Source: Thermoplasmata archaeon (GTDB taxonomy: Archaea; Thermoplasmatota; Thermoplasmata; Lutacidiplasmatales; UBA184). Taken from it: a stretch of DNA of 64,000 nt. A program made the translations under genes and the position numbers. Below, one piece after another: positions 40,001 to 46,905 of the stretch; within the stretch, counting starts at the first letter, position 1, and every line of letters starts with the position of its first letter. The notes under the pieces were generated by a model. That model ran no database searches, was not told the origin of the DNA, and saw only the letters and a list, made by a program, of their open reading frames with translations. The stretch lies in the NCBI GenBank assembly GCA_028864975.1, contig JAGWLG010000013.1:2618-66617 (forward strand), read 5' to 3'.

Positions 40001-40331
40001 GGAGATAGTGGTGATAGTTGGAGGAGGACGGGTCGAAGAGCCCGTTCTCGTAGCTTTGCAAGGCGGGCGAGTTCGGCAGGTTGAGCTCGATGGTGAAGCT
40101 CACGGGGACGGAGGAGGAGACGAGGCCCAGCGAGGACGCGCCGGAGGGGGCCAGCGCATCCGCCTGCTTGACCGAGACGAGGCCGCTCGGGGGGGCGAGC
40201 GGCGCGGAGGTCGCCCCGAAGAGGACGAACCCCGAAGGGGAGGAGGAGAGGGTGGGGACGACCCAGGACTCGAGGAACACGAGCACCAGGAAGCTCGCGA
40301 GAAGGGCCGCCGCGAACCGAGTCCCGGTCAT
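37047..40331 (-). CDS. Sedolisin (S53) family protease with propeptide, two tandem PKD-plus-PPC-like modules joined by poly-Gly linkers, and C-terminal TM
   Basis: The ATG at 40331 gives the signal/anchor MTGTRFAAALLASFLVLVFLESWV; the track ORF extends to 40607. The propeptide is NYHHYLPLDRFVSDFGPSASQVNGLTTYLAQKGLTV. Catalytic motifs are GGETDLDIQWAH and IGGTSLSCPMWAAALDL. There are two repeats of a PKD module (YSYSWAFGDGATS...SHTYTSAGTYSATLTVTD) followed by a PPC-like module (SQWNNWYYLNAYETDG...GQYGGWGTYEFLLQAS). The TM is LLPIALALMVEALALGLY. Confidence 0.9.
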   Translation of the reverse strand: MTGTRFAAALLASFLVLVFLESWVVPTLSSSPSGFVLFGATSAPLAPPSGLVSVKQADALAPSGASSLGLVSSSVPVSFTIELNLPNSPALQSYENGLFDPSSSNYHHYLPLDRFVSDFGPSASQVNGLTTYLAQKGLTVTPTDGPLLYRVSGSAGQVDAALHLTLTNYQLGTKSGMAPSGAPSLPASLAGAVLAFHGLNQFDLAHPDFHVVPGIVAASTSPATMRGFYDAASLISGGDTGSAWAIGLAEMCDPSEGTSTYTSDLNQFDSQYGLPSATVNYVGSGATTCSPGNQGWGGETDLDIQWAHVIAPGATLYVCLDNNDPSVCDQTFVNNAQAWHLGFGSNSWGGGGPYHSIWQSAMSAGVTLLASSGDACAAVDYPAAEPDGLGVGGTSITPSGNAYGSETVWNCASNQGTGGGCDTNDAPPSWQSGMPGLSSQCSSGQRGDPDVAMDADPNTGVPVITNGQSQQIGGTSLSCPMWAAALDLIYQSSGASGFAAPTLYSLAKGSSYSSLFHDITSGSNGQYSAGVGWDAATGVGTPDIGALASAWSSGGGGGGGNPLTASTAANPLSGTAPLAVSFAGSASGGTAPYSYSWAFGDGATSTAQNPSHTYTSAGTYSATLTVTDSKGATAQGQVQTITVTSGGGGGGGGSSCTTPTTISIGTQVSGSAPTGGCALYSAALSQSQWNNWYYLNAYETDGTVSGSQPVFTVYAAMGSAPTPTSNSQSQAGPNAALSVNLNVQASGQYGGWGTYEFLLQASAGDSGSFCFVLQLENSAPGSSPACAGGGGGGGGGGGGGNPLTASASATPTSGTAPLAVVFSGSASGGTSPYTYSWAFGDGASSSAQNPSHTYASAGTFTATLTAKDSAGHSATSSVAITASASGGTASCAGSTYSVAFGSVKSCSLNQGQTTVLQFTLSQTQWNNWYYVNVYENDGTVSGTQPVFQMGSGMGGTPSISSAQQTANGPNAQIQIGLFTQAQGQYGGWGTYWVVVSGSGGSGGFCFEPQLSNGNPGSGPSCTASLAVSASSASPASVATGITQVVLGGSGPSFMGAPLLPIALALMVEALALGLYARYTRGPSSDALAPRPSRA

Positions 40332-40646
40332 CCGCGGCAACGAGGGGACGAGCGCCGACCCCGTCCGGGGGCGATGTCCTCCGGCGTCGGGGCGGGGCCA
40401 GGCCCGGTAGACCATGGTGCTACGGCCTCGATGTTCGAGGTCCGGGGCGCGGGCGGGGCCCGGGGTCCCTGAGTTTCCGTAGTAGGCGAATCGCGTGTCA
40501 CGCCGCGGAGAGCCGTGTGTCGTCATGACAACACAACCTAAGGTGACGCGTGCTGAGCCGCTACATAACACGCTCGCCGCGTGGAACAGAATTTGCACGT
40601 GACGCATACAGCCCGGGAGCTGCGAAACCCGGAGCGAGCCCGCTGC

Positions 40647-41105
40647 TCAGGCCCGGAGCGCGAGCACGAACACGAAGATGGCCAGGAGGGTCACGACAGC
40701 CATCGCGATGAGGTACGGGAGCCACCCCGGGCGGTTCCCGAAGACGACGGGGACGGGCCCGATGAGGAGGAACCCTCCGTAGGAGACCCGCGGGGTGCGC
40801 GTGTTGCCGCCGCTCGCCGGGGCGGAGCGGACCGGACCTGTCGAGGCGGTGGTGGAGCGCGAGGAGCCCGCGTCTTCGTCGTCCTCTTCAGTAGCCCGTG
40901 CCGCCGCGGAGAAGAAGAGCGCGAAGAACCCCGCAATGAGCAGCACGATCCCGAGAGCGAGGAGCGGAGAGGAGCCTGCGACGAAGGGAAAGATGAGGAA
41001 GACCCCCGCCGTCGCCCCCCCGTGTACGATGGCCTCGGCGATGAGGCCGACCGCCGCGCCGAAGCAGAGGAGCGCAAGGAGGAAGGGCAGCCAACCTGCT
41101 CGCAT
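40647..41105 (-). CDS. Small membrane protein (DUF131/TIGR00304-like, from memory)
   Basis: 152 aa with four hydrophobic segments and the motif GGFLLIGPVPVVFGN. Confidence 0.7.
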   Translation of the reverse strand: MRAGWLPFLLALLCFGAAVGLIAEAIVHGGATAGVFLIFPFVAGSSPLLALGIVLLIAGFFALFFSAAARATEEDDEDAGSSRSTTASTGPVRSAPASGGNTRTPRVSYGGFLLIGPVPVVFGNRPGWLPYLIAMAVVTLLAIFVFVLALRA

Positions 41106-41132
41106 GCCTCGCTCCCCTTGCCGATGGTCCCT

Positions 41133-42188
41133 TCAGTGGAACGTGTCGAAGCGGTAGGGGGTGAGGGGCCTCTCTCCGATCGCGGAGAGGAACTCGGGGG
41201 CCGTGAGCATCGGTCGGTCGTACGACTCTGCGTCGTCGAGCGCGATCCGCGGGCAGGCGGTGCACACATAGGCGTCGAGGTCCCGACCCATGAGGTCGCG
41301 GGGGTCCAGACGGTCGAACAGAAGGATCTCTGCGCTCCGTCCCTTGGCGCGGGCCTTCTCGACAAGGCTTAAGGCCATCCCTCGCCGGTCCTGGCCCCCG
41401 AAGCTGCTCGCCAGCACGCCCCACCGCTTCGCGTCCATCGCCCGTGCGATGGTCATGAGGCGTTTGGCGACCATCCTATCACGATCGAGGGGAGGGGAGA
41501 TCTCGACCTGGAGCGGGTCCAGCGCCCACACGGGGCGGTCCACCGCAAAGGCCAACCCCAGGGGATGGAAGAGCCCGGTCCCGAGGAAGAGCACCCCTTC
41601 GGACTTCTCCGCGATCGATTCGGCCGTCGTGTAGTTGCACCCGAGGGCCTGCCCGGGATAGGCCAGGCGTCGGTCCCCTTCTCCCACGTAGGTCTCGAAG
41701 GAACGTCGAGAGAGGGCGTCGCGGAACCTCGGCAGAATGTCCAGGTGCTGGACCGAGGAGACGATCCCGAGGTGTTTCGGAAGTCCGGCCTTCTCGACCG
41801 CCTCGGCCATCCGCTCCACGTCGCCCTCGCTCGTCCTCATCTCGACGAAGTACGTGGGGAGCGCGAGCGGCATGTTCGGGATCGGGGCGTGGCCGAGGGT
41901 GACGATCGCCTCCGCCCCGGGGGCTTCCCGAGGTGAGGGCGGGTCGCAGGCGCCGAAGCAAGCGCGGGCCACGTGGACCACACGCGCCCCTGTCGCCTCT
42001 CGGATCTCCTCCCCCAGCTTCGCGAAGTCGCGGGTGAGTCCCGCCGGGACCTGGAGCACGATCTTGCGGTAGGCGGAGGCCCGGAGGTCGCGGAAGAGCT
42101 CGGGGCCTACTCGAGCGTAGACCCGGGCCCCCGGGGCCGCTCCACGCGCCGGTCCGGGGCCCAGGGGGACGACAGGAGAGGCGCGCAC
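41133..42188 (-). CDS. dph2: Diphthamide synthesis protein Dph2 (2-(3-amino-3-carboxypropyl)histidine synthase)
   Basis: Motifs: KIVLQVPAGL, ACFGACD, VTLGHAP, YPGQALGCNYT and TACPRIALDD (the Cys ligands of the radical-SAM-type cluster). The start is uncertain. I chose the GTG at 42188 because the track start at 42410 would overlap vapC by about 140 nt. Confidence 0.85.
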   Translation of the reverse strand: MRASPVVPLGPGPARGAAPGARVYARVGPELFRDLRASAYRKIVLQVPAGLTRDFAKLGEEIREATGARVVHVARACFGACDPPSPREAPGAEAIVTLGHAPIPNMPLALPTYFVEMRTSEGDVERMAEAVEKAGLPKHLGIVSSVQHLDILPRFRDALSRRSFETYVGEGDRRLAYPGQALGCNYTTAESIAEKSEGVLFLGTGLFHPLGLAFAVDRPVWALDPLQVEISPPLDRDRMVAKRLMTIARAMDAKRWGVLASSFGGQDRRGMALSLVEKARAKGRSAEILLFDRLDPRDLMGRDLDAYVCTACPRIALDDAESYDRPMLTAPEFLSAIGERPLTPYRFDTFH

Positions 42189-42268
42189 CCCTTCCGACAA
42201 CGGACCCTCCTCTGAGAGACGCAGTGAGAGGCCCTTGAGCCTTCGCAGGGGATCGCCCTGGGTTCGCC

Positions 42269-42688
42269 TCAGGGGACGGAGGGCGCCAAAGAGGCGAGCC
42301 GTCGGTCGAAGGTGGCGAGGCGATCTATCCGCAGCTCCCGCATCGAAGCCAGGAGCGCGGCGTCGGTGAAGCTGAGCCGCTGATCGCGGTACTTGCGGAA
42401 GACCCCCCACGCAGGCCGCATCAACGAGGTCCCGAGGGAGGCGATCGAGAGCCCCCGGAGCTCCGGAGTGGGCAACGGGAGGAGCCGGGCCGCAGCCTCT
42501 TCGAGGGCGGGGGGGTCCCTTCGGCTGCGGATCAAGGTGAAGAGCTCGTGGACCACGTGGTCCAGCACGAGGGGAGCCCCGAACTCTCGTCGACCGACAC
42601 GGTCCAGGAGCGCGGTGGCCCGTTCGTGGGCCTCATCATCATGGTTGAGCGCCCCGTAGAGCACCCCGGTGTCGAGGAGGACGCTCAT
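42269..42688 (-). CDS. vapC: PIN-domain ribonuclease toxin VapC
   Basis: The ATG at 42688 lies inside track ORF 42269..42850. PIN acidic residues are in MSVLLDTGVL, ...HELF..., SFTDAALLA and LATFDRR. It has a 4-nt overlap with the upstream antitoxin gene. Confidence 0.88.
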   Translation of the reverse strand: MSVLLDTGVLYGALNHDDEAHERATALLDRVGRREFGAPLVLDHVVHELFTLIRSRRDPPALEEAAARLLPLPTPELRGLSIASLGTSLMRPAWGVFRKYRDQRLSFTDAALLASMRELRIDRLATFDRRLASLAPSVP

Positions 42689-42960
42689 CGGAAGGTCTTG
42701 GCGATGTCGCGGTCGATATCCTCCTCGCGCGAGCGTTTCCCGGTACGCACGCATAGGCGGTGGAGCCTCTCGAGCTCCCTCTGGGTCATAGGGCGGAACG
42801 CGTCGGGTCCCAGGCGGTCCCGTTCGGCCTCGGCCAGGTCCATGACCCACGAGAGCAGGAGCTGCTGCGGGATCCTCTCGCCATACTTGGCCATGAGCTC
42901 CCCCTGGAGCCGGTCCAAGCGGTGCTTGTCGGCTTCCAGCATTTTCACGGACGTGGTCAT
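42685..42960 (-). CDS. vapB: VapB-type antitoxin
   Basis: 91 aa, small and helical, translationally coupled to vapC. Confidence 0.7.
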   Translation of the reverse strand: MTTSVKMLEADKHRLDRLQGELMAKYGERIPQQLLLSWVMDLAEAERDRLGPDAFRPMTQRELERLHRLCVRTGKRSREEDIDRDIAKTFR

Positions 42961-42980
42961 CGTCGGAGTAGAAGTTTCTA

Positions 42981-42993
42981 CAAAATATAAAGC
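42981..42993 (-). promoter_or_regulatory. TATA-like box for vapBC
   Basis: The sequence caaaatataaagc (CTTTATATTTTG on the minus strand) is centred about 26 nt upstream of the ATG at 42960. An adjacent palindrome gtagaagtttctac (42968-42981) lies between the box and the start. Confidence 0.45.
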
Positions 42994-43003
42994 TCTACAA
43001 GCG

Positions 43004-43030
43004 GGGTTCTGTCCCAGATTCGGGCCGTGG
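43004..43030. repeat. Left terminal inverted repeat
   Basis: The sequence is gggttctgtcccagattcgggccgtgg. Confidence 0.8.
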
Positions 43031-43134
43031 GCCGGTCAGGCACTCGCCCGTCCCGCGTCGGGGCGCCACCTCACCTAGCATGCGATCTCGTGGTCCCCTC
43101 CACCTTTATCCGTCGCCCACCACGTAGTTTTCCC

Positions 43135-44373
43135 GTGCCCCCCGTCGTCCTTTCCCTGACCTTCCCTGTGGCCGACCTGCCGCCCCCGGTCCGCTCGGTC
43201 ATGGCCGAGTTCCGATTGATGGTCAATCGCGGCATCCGCTTCGCCCTCGAGGAGAACAAGACCGCCCGGGGGTCCATCCCTCCCTCCTTCCGACAGACGC
43301 TCATGCGGGAGCATCGGGTGAACTCGACCCATGTCGCCGCCGCGCTCGAGGTCGCCCTCACCTGCGCCAAGGGGCACCGACGCCTCCTGCGGAAGGGGAG
43401 GGCGGGGCACGTCCCCTACTGCCGACGCCCCTTTCTGAAGACCTCCAAGTCGAGCTTTCACATCGACCCGGACACCGGGAAGGTTCGCTTATCGCTCCGG
43501 AACGGGGAGTGGGTCTCCTTCTTCGTACCCGTCTCCCAGCATGCACGGCGGACCCTCCTTGACCCGAAGGTCCGCTTGAAGGCGCTCACCCTCACCGAAC
43601 GGAAGCTCTCCCTCGCCTACGAGGTCGACGCTCCGGAGCCCTATGTCCCCGAGGCCGCCATCGCTCTCGACACCAATGAGCGCTCGCTCGACGGGGTGCT
43701 CGCGACCCCCTCGAGCTGTGAGCCTGTCGTCGTCCCCTTCCCCGAGGTCAAGAGGGTCCAGCAGACCCACTTCGAGCGCCGACGGAGACTGGGGAGGAAG
43801 AAGGCTCACGACCGCAGGGTGAAGCGGCGACTGCTCGGCCGCGAGGGAAAGCGAGAGCATGACCGGGTGAACTCCCGCCTGCACATGCTGACGAACACCC
43901 TGGTCGCCACGGCCCGCGAGAATCGGGCCGTCCTGGTCCTGGAGGACCTGAAGCCCCCCCAGGGGGGAGGTCGCGGACGCCGGCAGCGTCGTGGGCTCTC
44001 CTCCTGGCCGCAGGGGGAGCTGCACCGACAGATCCGCTACAAGAGCGCCCTGCACGGGGTGCCCCTCATCACCGTGAACCCTCGATACACGAGCAAGACC
44101 TGCCCGAGATGTGGCGTGAGAGCCGAAAGGGTGGGCAAGGTGTTCGACTGCGCGGGCTGCGGGTGGTCCTTGGACCGCCAGCGGAACGCGGGGATCAACA
44201 TCTACGCAACGGCTCGGCGGGAGACCGCCGAACTTGGAGGTCTACGGTTCGACCTCGACGCCCTGGCCAAGGATGTGGTGATCCCCCTCTACCCCGCGGG
44301 CAGCGCCGCGAGGGCACGGGAGGAGCGGACGGTCAGGGAGCCCAAGGGGACGGTCGGGCGAGGGACATCCTGA
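43135..44373 (+). CDS. tnpB: TnpB-like RNA-guided endonuclease homologue (IS200/IS605 OrfB family), third RuvC Asp replaced
   Basis: RuvC-I is IALDTNERSL, RuvC-II is VLVLEDLK, and the zinc finger is CPRCG...CAGCG. The RuvC-III region reads LDRQRNAGINIY. I chose the GTG at 43135 as start because a TTTAT box lies about 28 nt upstream; the track start is 43027. Confidence 0.9.
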   Translation: MPPVVLSLTFPVADLPPPVRSVMAEFRLMVNRGIRFALEENKTARGSIPPSFRQTLMREHRVNSTHVAAALEVALTCAKGHRRLLRKGRAGHVPYCRRPFLKTSKSSFHIDPDTGKVRLSLRNGEWVSFFVPVSQHARRTLLDPKVRLKALTLTERKLSLAYEVDAPEPYVPEAAIALDTNERSLDGVLATPSSCEPVVVPFPEVKRVQQTHFERRRRLGRKKAHDRRVKRRLLGREGKREHDRVNSRLHMLTNTLVATARENRAVLVLEDLKPPQGGGRGRRQRRGLSSWPQGELHRQIRYKSALHGVPLITVNPRYTSKTCPRCGVRAERVGKVFDCAGCGWSLDRQRNAGINIYATARRETAELGGLRFDLDALAKDVVIPLYPAGSAARAREERTVREPKGTVGRGTS

Positions 44374-44769
44374 GCCGCGGCCCGAATCGGGGACAGAACC
44401 CTCGGAAAAAGTGGCAATCAGCTCCCTACCGGCGAGGCTCCGCTCCGGTACGATGAAGACGTCGAGCTGAGGTTTGGCCCGGCTACGAAGTGCCTCCAAC
44501 TCCTTCCTCCTCGCCCTATAGAGGGCGGGAGGGACCACGACGAGAATGTCGATGTCGTGAGGAGCGGGCTCCGATGTCACGAAGCTCCCGTTGATAAGGA
44601 CAGATCCGGAGATGGCCCTGCGCTCGAGGTCCGCCAAAAGACGACGGAGCTCCCGAAGCAACTCACGACGACGTCGAGTCTGTCCGAACCGCGCCTCCAG
44701 CTCGTGGTAGGTGCAGGGCCAGACCCCGAAGGGCAGCTTCCCATCGTTGTCAAGAAGTGGAATGGTCAT
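44242..44769 (-). CDS. Nucleotidyltransferase-fold protein (DUF6932-like, from memory); 3-prime end runs into the tnpB element
   Basis: The N-terminal region is LPFGVWPCTYHELEARFG and the NTase motif is INGSFVTSEPAPHDIDILVV. From about codon 123 onward, the ORF is encoded by sequence inside the right TIR and the tnpB 3-prime end (44242-44401), so the true C-terminus is doubtful. Confidence 0.65.
   Translation of the reverse strand: MTIPLLDNDGKLPFGVWPCTYHELEARFGQTRRRRELLRELRRLLADLERRAISGSVLINGSFVTSEPAPHDIDILVVVPPALYRARRKELEALRSRAKPQLDVFIVPERSLAGRELIATFSEGSVPDSGRGSGCPSPDRPLGLPDRPLLPCPRGAARGVEGDHHILGQGVEVEP
44375..44401. repeat. Right terminal inverted repeat
   Basis: The plus-strand sequence is ccgcggcccgaatcggggacagaaccc. 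Its reverse complement, gggttctgtccccgattcgggccgcgg, matches the left repeat at 25 of 27 positions. Confidence 0.8.
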
Positions 44770-44778
44770 CGCCCGCCC

Positions 44779-45438
44779 TCACAGGGTCGAGGACGGGCGG
44801 GAGACGCGCGTCGCCGTGAGGCCCCACGACTCCAGCTCCTCGAACGTCCGCCGCACGGCGGCCTCCAGCAGCCCCCACTGACGCGCGGTGGCAGGAAGCT
44901 GCTGCGCGTGGTACGCCCTCCAGGCGACCCGAGCCACGTACTTGGAGTTCGCCTTTCCCGCGTCCGTGTAGAGGCGCCGACCGAGGTGATCGGGGTCACC
45001 TCGCGCGAGGTCGCGGAAGTGGTCGCGCGCTTCCCGCCAGGCGTACCCGCCTGGCGGCGCGGCCCGCAGGGCCTTCATCCGGTTCTCGGTGCGATCTTCC
45101 GAGGGGAGCGCGCGGATCCCCGGGGTCGCGCGCAGCTCCCGCGTGACGAACTTCGGGTCCGTCATTGCGGCGTCTCCATGACGGGGTGCTCGTAGCTCAC
45201 GGCGGCATGAAGGGTGCGGACACATAGCTCGCACACGCGCGCGAGTCGCTTCGGGGGGGGAGCGAGGGCCCGCCTTGCGCGTCTTGCCTTCATGCGGGAG
45301 GGAGGACGCGCCCCGACCTCGCCGGGGTGCGTAAGCTACGTAGACCCCCCCGAACCTGGTCCCTTTCGGGAAGCGCTCGCCGCAGTTGCGGCATGTTCGG
45401 CAACCGTCGGTGATGTGGACGTAGAATCGGCGGGCCAT
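44779..45438 (-). CDS. Hypothetical protein upstream of the NTase gene (possible zinc-ribbon N-terminus; Rx6H motif near the C-terminus)
   Basis: The ATG at 45438 gives MARRFYVHITDGCRTCRNCGERF... An alternative ATG at 45165 gives a 128-aa product (MTDPKFVTRELRA...). The C-terminal region contains KYVARVAWRAYHAQQL. I did not recognise a family. Confidence 0.4.
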   Translation of the reverse strand: MARRFYVHITDGCRTCRNCGERFPKGTRFGGVYVAYAPRRGRGASSLPHEGKTRKAGPRSPPEATRARVRAMCPHPSCRRELRAPRHGDAAMTDPKFVTRELRATPGIRALPSEDRTENRMKALRAAPPGGYAWREARDHFRDLARGDPDHLGRRLYTDAGKANSKYVARVAWRAYHAQQLPATARQWGLLEAAVRRTFEELESWGLTATRVSRPSSTL

Positions 45439-45481
45439 GGACCTCGTTCCTCGGAAAGGAGGAACGAGTTGGGTGGGGGGC

Positions 45482-45865
45482 TCAGTCGCGCGCTTCTTGG
45501 AGGACGAACTGGTGTCGCCTCTCACGCAGGATCAGGTCGTAGTGCTCGAAGAAAGGCCTCCGCCCGAGGAGCGCGACCGGGGTGTCCCGTCCTTTCTCGG
45601 TAACCAGGATCGGGTCCAGGGGGAAGGAAAGCAGGACCTTCCCCTCGAGGTCCGGGCTGAGGACGTGAAGGTGGACCCTGGAGGCGCGCGCGGGGACAGG
45701 GCCCCCGACCGCGGCACGCTCTTGCGTCCTGTCCCCCTTCTCGAGCCCAAGGACCTCCGCGACCTCCGACGGGACGGCAGAGAAGGTCGAACCCGTGTCG
45801 ATGACCATCCGGGTCTCCAGATGGGAGCGGCCCCAGGAGAGACGGACCTTCAGGGAGGGGGCCAT
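45482..45865 (-). CDS. Retropepsin-like (clan AA) aspartic protease domain protein
   Basis: The ATG at 45865 lies inside track ORF 45482..46189, and a GTG alternative is at 45886. The active-site context is ETRMVIDTGSTFSAVP, with a later LLGRRPFFEHYDL typical of single-domain retropepsin-like proteins. Confidence 0.7.
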   Translation of the reverse strand: MAPSLKVRLSWGRSHLETRMVIDTGSTFSAVPSEVAEVLGLEKGDRTQERAAVGGPVPARASRVHLHVLSPDLEGKVLLSFPLDPILVTEKGRDTPVALLGRRPFFEHYDLILRERRHQFVLQEARD

Positions 45866-45957
45866 CTCCTTCCGGGCCCCGTACACTACCGGCTGGTAGG
45901 GGAAGGCCCGGGAGCGGCTCCGCCCCGCGCGAGAGGAAGAGGGCGTTCGCGGCCCCC

Positions 45958-46194
45958 CTACAGCAGGAGGGAGTCCTGCTCCAAGACGTGGAACATCATG
46001 GGTTCGTGGCCAGGGGAAGCCCTGCGACCCTCCTCCAGCACCCGGCGCAGCTCCTTGCCTGCTGCGACCACCTTCCGGTTGACGATGGCCACCCACTCGC
46101 CACGGTGGCGGCGCATCACCGCGTCCGGTGGCATGTCTGCCCCAGGTGGGGCCGAAGGTCCTCGTCCGGGCATGGGCTTGCTCGTCCATCTCAT
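45958..46194 (-). CDS. Small DUF5678-like protein (from memory)
   Basis: The C-terminal part is HRGEWVAIVNRKVVAAGKELRRVLEEGRRASPGHEPMMFHV. The start is uncertain, with ATG codons at 46194 and 46134. Confidence 0.55.
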   Translation of the reverse strand: MRWTSKPMPGRGPSAPPGADMPPDAVMRRHRGEWVAIVNRKVVAAGKELRRVLEEGRRASPGHEPMMFHVLEQDSLLL

Positions 46195-46303
46195 CGTCCC
46201 TCCGCCATTACCCCTTTCGTCATCCGAGCATCCCCGTCCCCGAGGTCTCCTCACGAGACGGGAAATCTCGGGCCCGACCCCACAGCTCACGCGGGGGCCC
46301 GGG

Positions 46304-46666
46304 CTACGGAAGGCCCAACAGGGCCCGAAGCAGGTCGTCGACCATGCCCATCACAGGGCATGTCCCGAGCTGGCGGAGGATACGGTCCTCCGGGACCGTC
46401 GCGAGGTTGTCTAGCGCGAGGACGGAGTCCGTACGAAGTCCCATGGAACGTCCCTCGGGGCTCTCGACGTGGAACAGGGGCCTCGTCGGCCCTGTGGTCT
46501 CGATCGCGGAGGTGATCGCCGCGACCAGGACGTCGGGGTAAGGTCCCCTCACCGAGGGGTCCTGGACGAGGAGCGCGGGTCTTGGCTTCCAGGAGCGAAA
46601 GTCGATGTTCGGGAACTCGACGAGGGAGACCCCGCCCCTCTCAAGGCGCGGCGTCATTGTAGACAT
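46304..46666 (-). CDS. mazF: MazF/PemK-family toxin
   Basis: 120 aa. KPRPALLVQD...VLVAAITS...GLRTDSVLALDNLATV matches the PemK/MazF core. Confidence 0.8.
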   Translation of the reverse strand: MSTMTPRLERGGVSLVEFPNIDFRSWKPRPALLVQDPSVRGPYPDVLVAAITSAIETTGPTRPLFHVESPEGRSMGLRTDSVLALDNLATVPEDRILRQLGTCPVMGMVDDLLRALLGLP

Positions 46667-46856
46667 CCATCCGGGGGTCGTCCCATTCCCGAGCGAAGGA
46701 AGCGAGACGGGCGCGCAGCGCCTTCGCCTCGGAGGGGGTCATCCCGACCTCGGAGAGCGGTCGCCCCTTGGCGGGGTGCCGATCTTCTGGGGGCTCGTGG
46801 GTTTGGGAGGCGGATGCCTTGGATGCCACGAGGGCAAAAGGGCCCGGGCGGCCCAT
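46641..46856 (-). CDS. Putative antitoxin of the MazF-like toxin
   Basis: This is a short ORF from an internal ATG of track ORF 46641..47057. Its end overlaps the mazF start by 26 nt, and the C-terminus is MTPSEAKALRARLASFAREWDDP. Both the start and the reality of this gene are uncertain. Confidence 0.4.
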   Translation of the reverse strand: MGRPGPFALVASKASASQTHEPPEDRHPAKGRPLSEVGMTPSEAKALRARLASFAREWDDPRMDVYNDAAP

Positions 46857-46905
46857 AACGGTTTCCCCGGCCACTCGGTCTGACGAACGCGAAGGGCGGG
46901 GCTCG

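Larger units (their letters stand above)
43004..44401 (+). mobile_element. tnpB-only insertion element bounded by 27-nt imperfect terminal inverted repeats
   Basis: Inverted repeats at 43004-43030 and 44375-44401 match at 25 of 27 positions. A single TnpB ORF fills the interior. The right repeat starts 2 nt after the stop codon. There is no tnpA in the window. Confidence 0.75.

Noticed and set aside
42189-42410. An N-terminal extension of the dph2 ORF (track start 42410), and similar extensions at 3643..4098, 40332..40607, 29068..29319 and 45866..46189.
   Set aside because: The extensions overlap neighbouring genes or are Arg/Pro-rich. Internal starts give N-termini typical of the families or proper signal peptides.
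42961-44403. A test of whether removing the TIR-bounded element restores an intact NTase reading frame.
   Set aside because: Joining 44402 to 43003 in silico gives an ORF that runs without a stop into the vapB start. A simple insertion into the NTase gene is therefore not demonstrated, and the chimeric 3-prime end is reported only as an observation.
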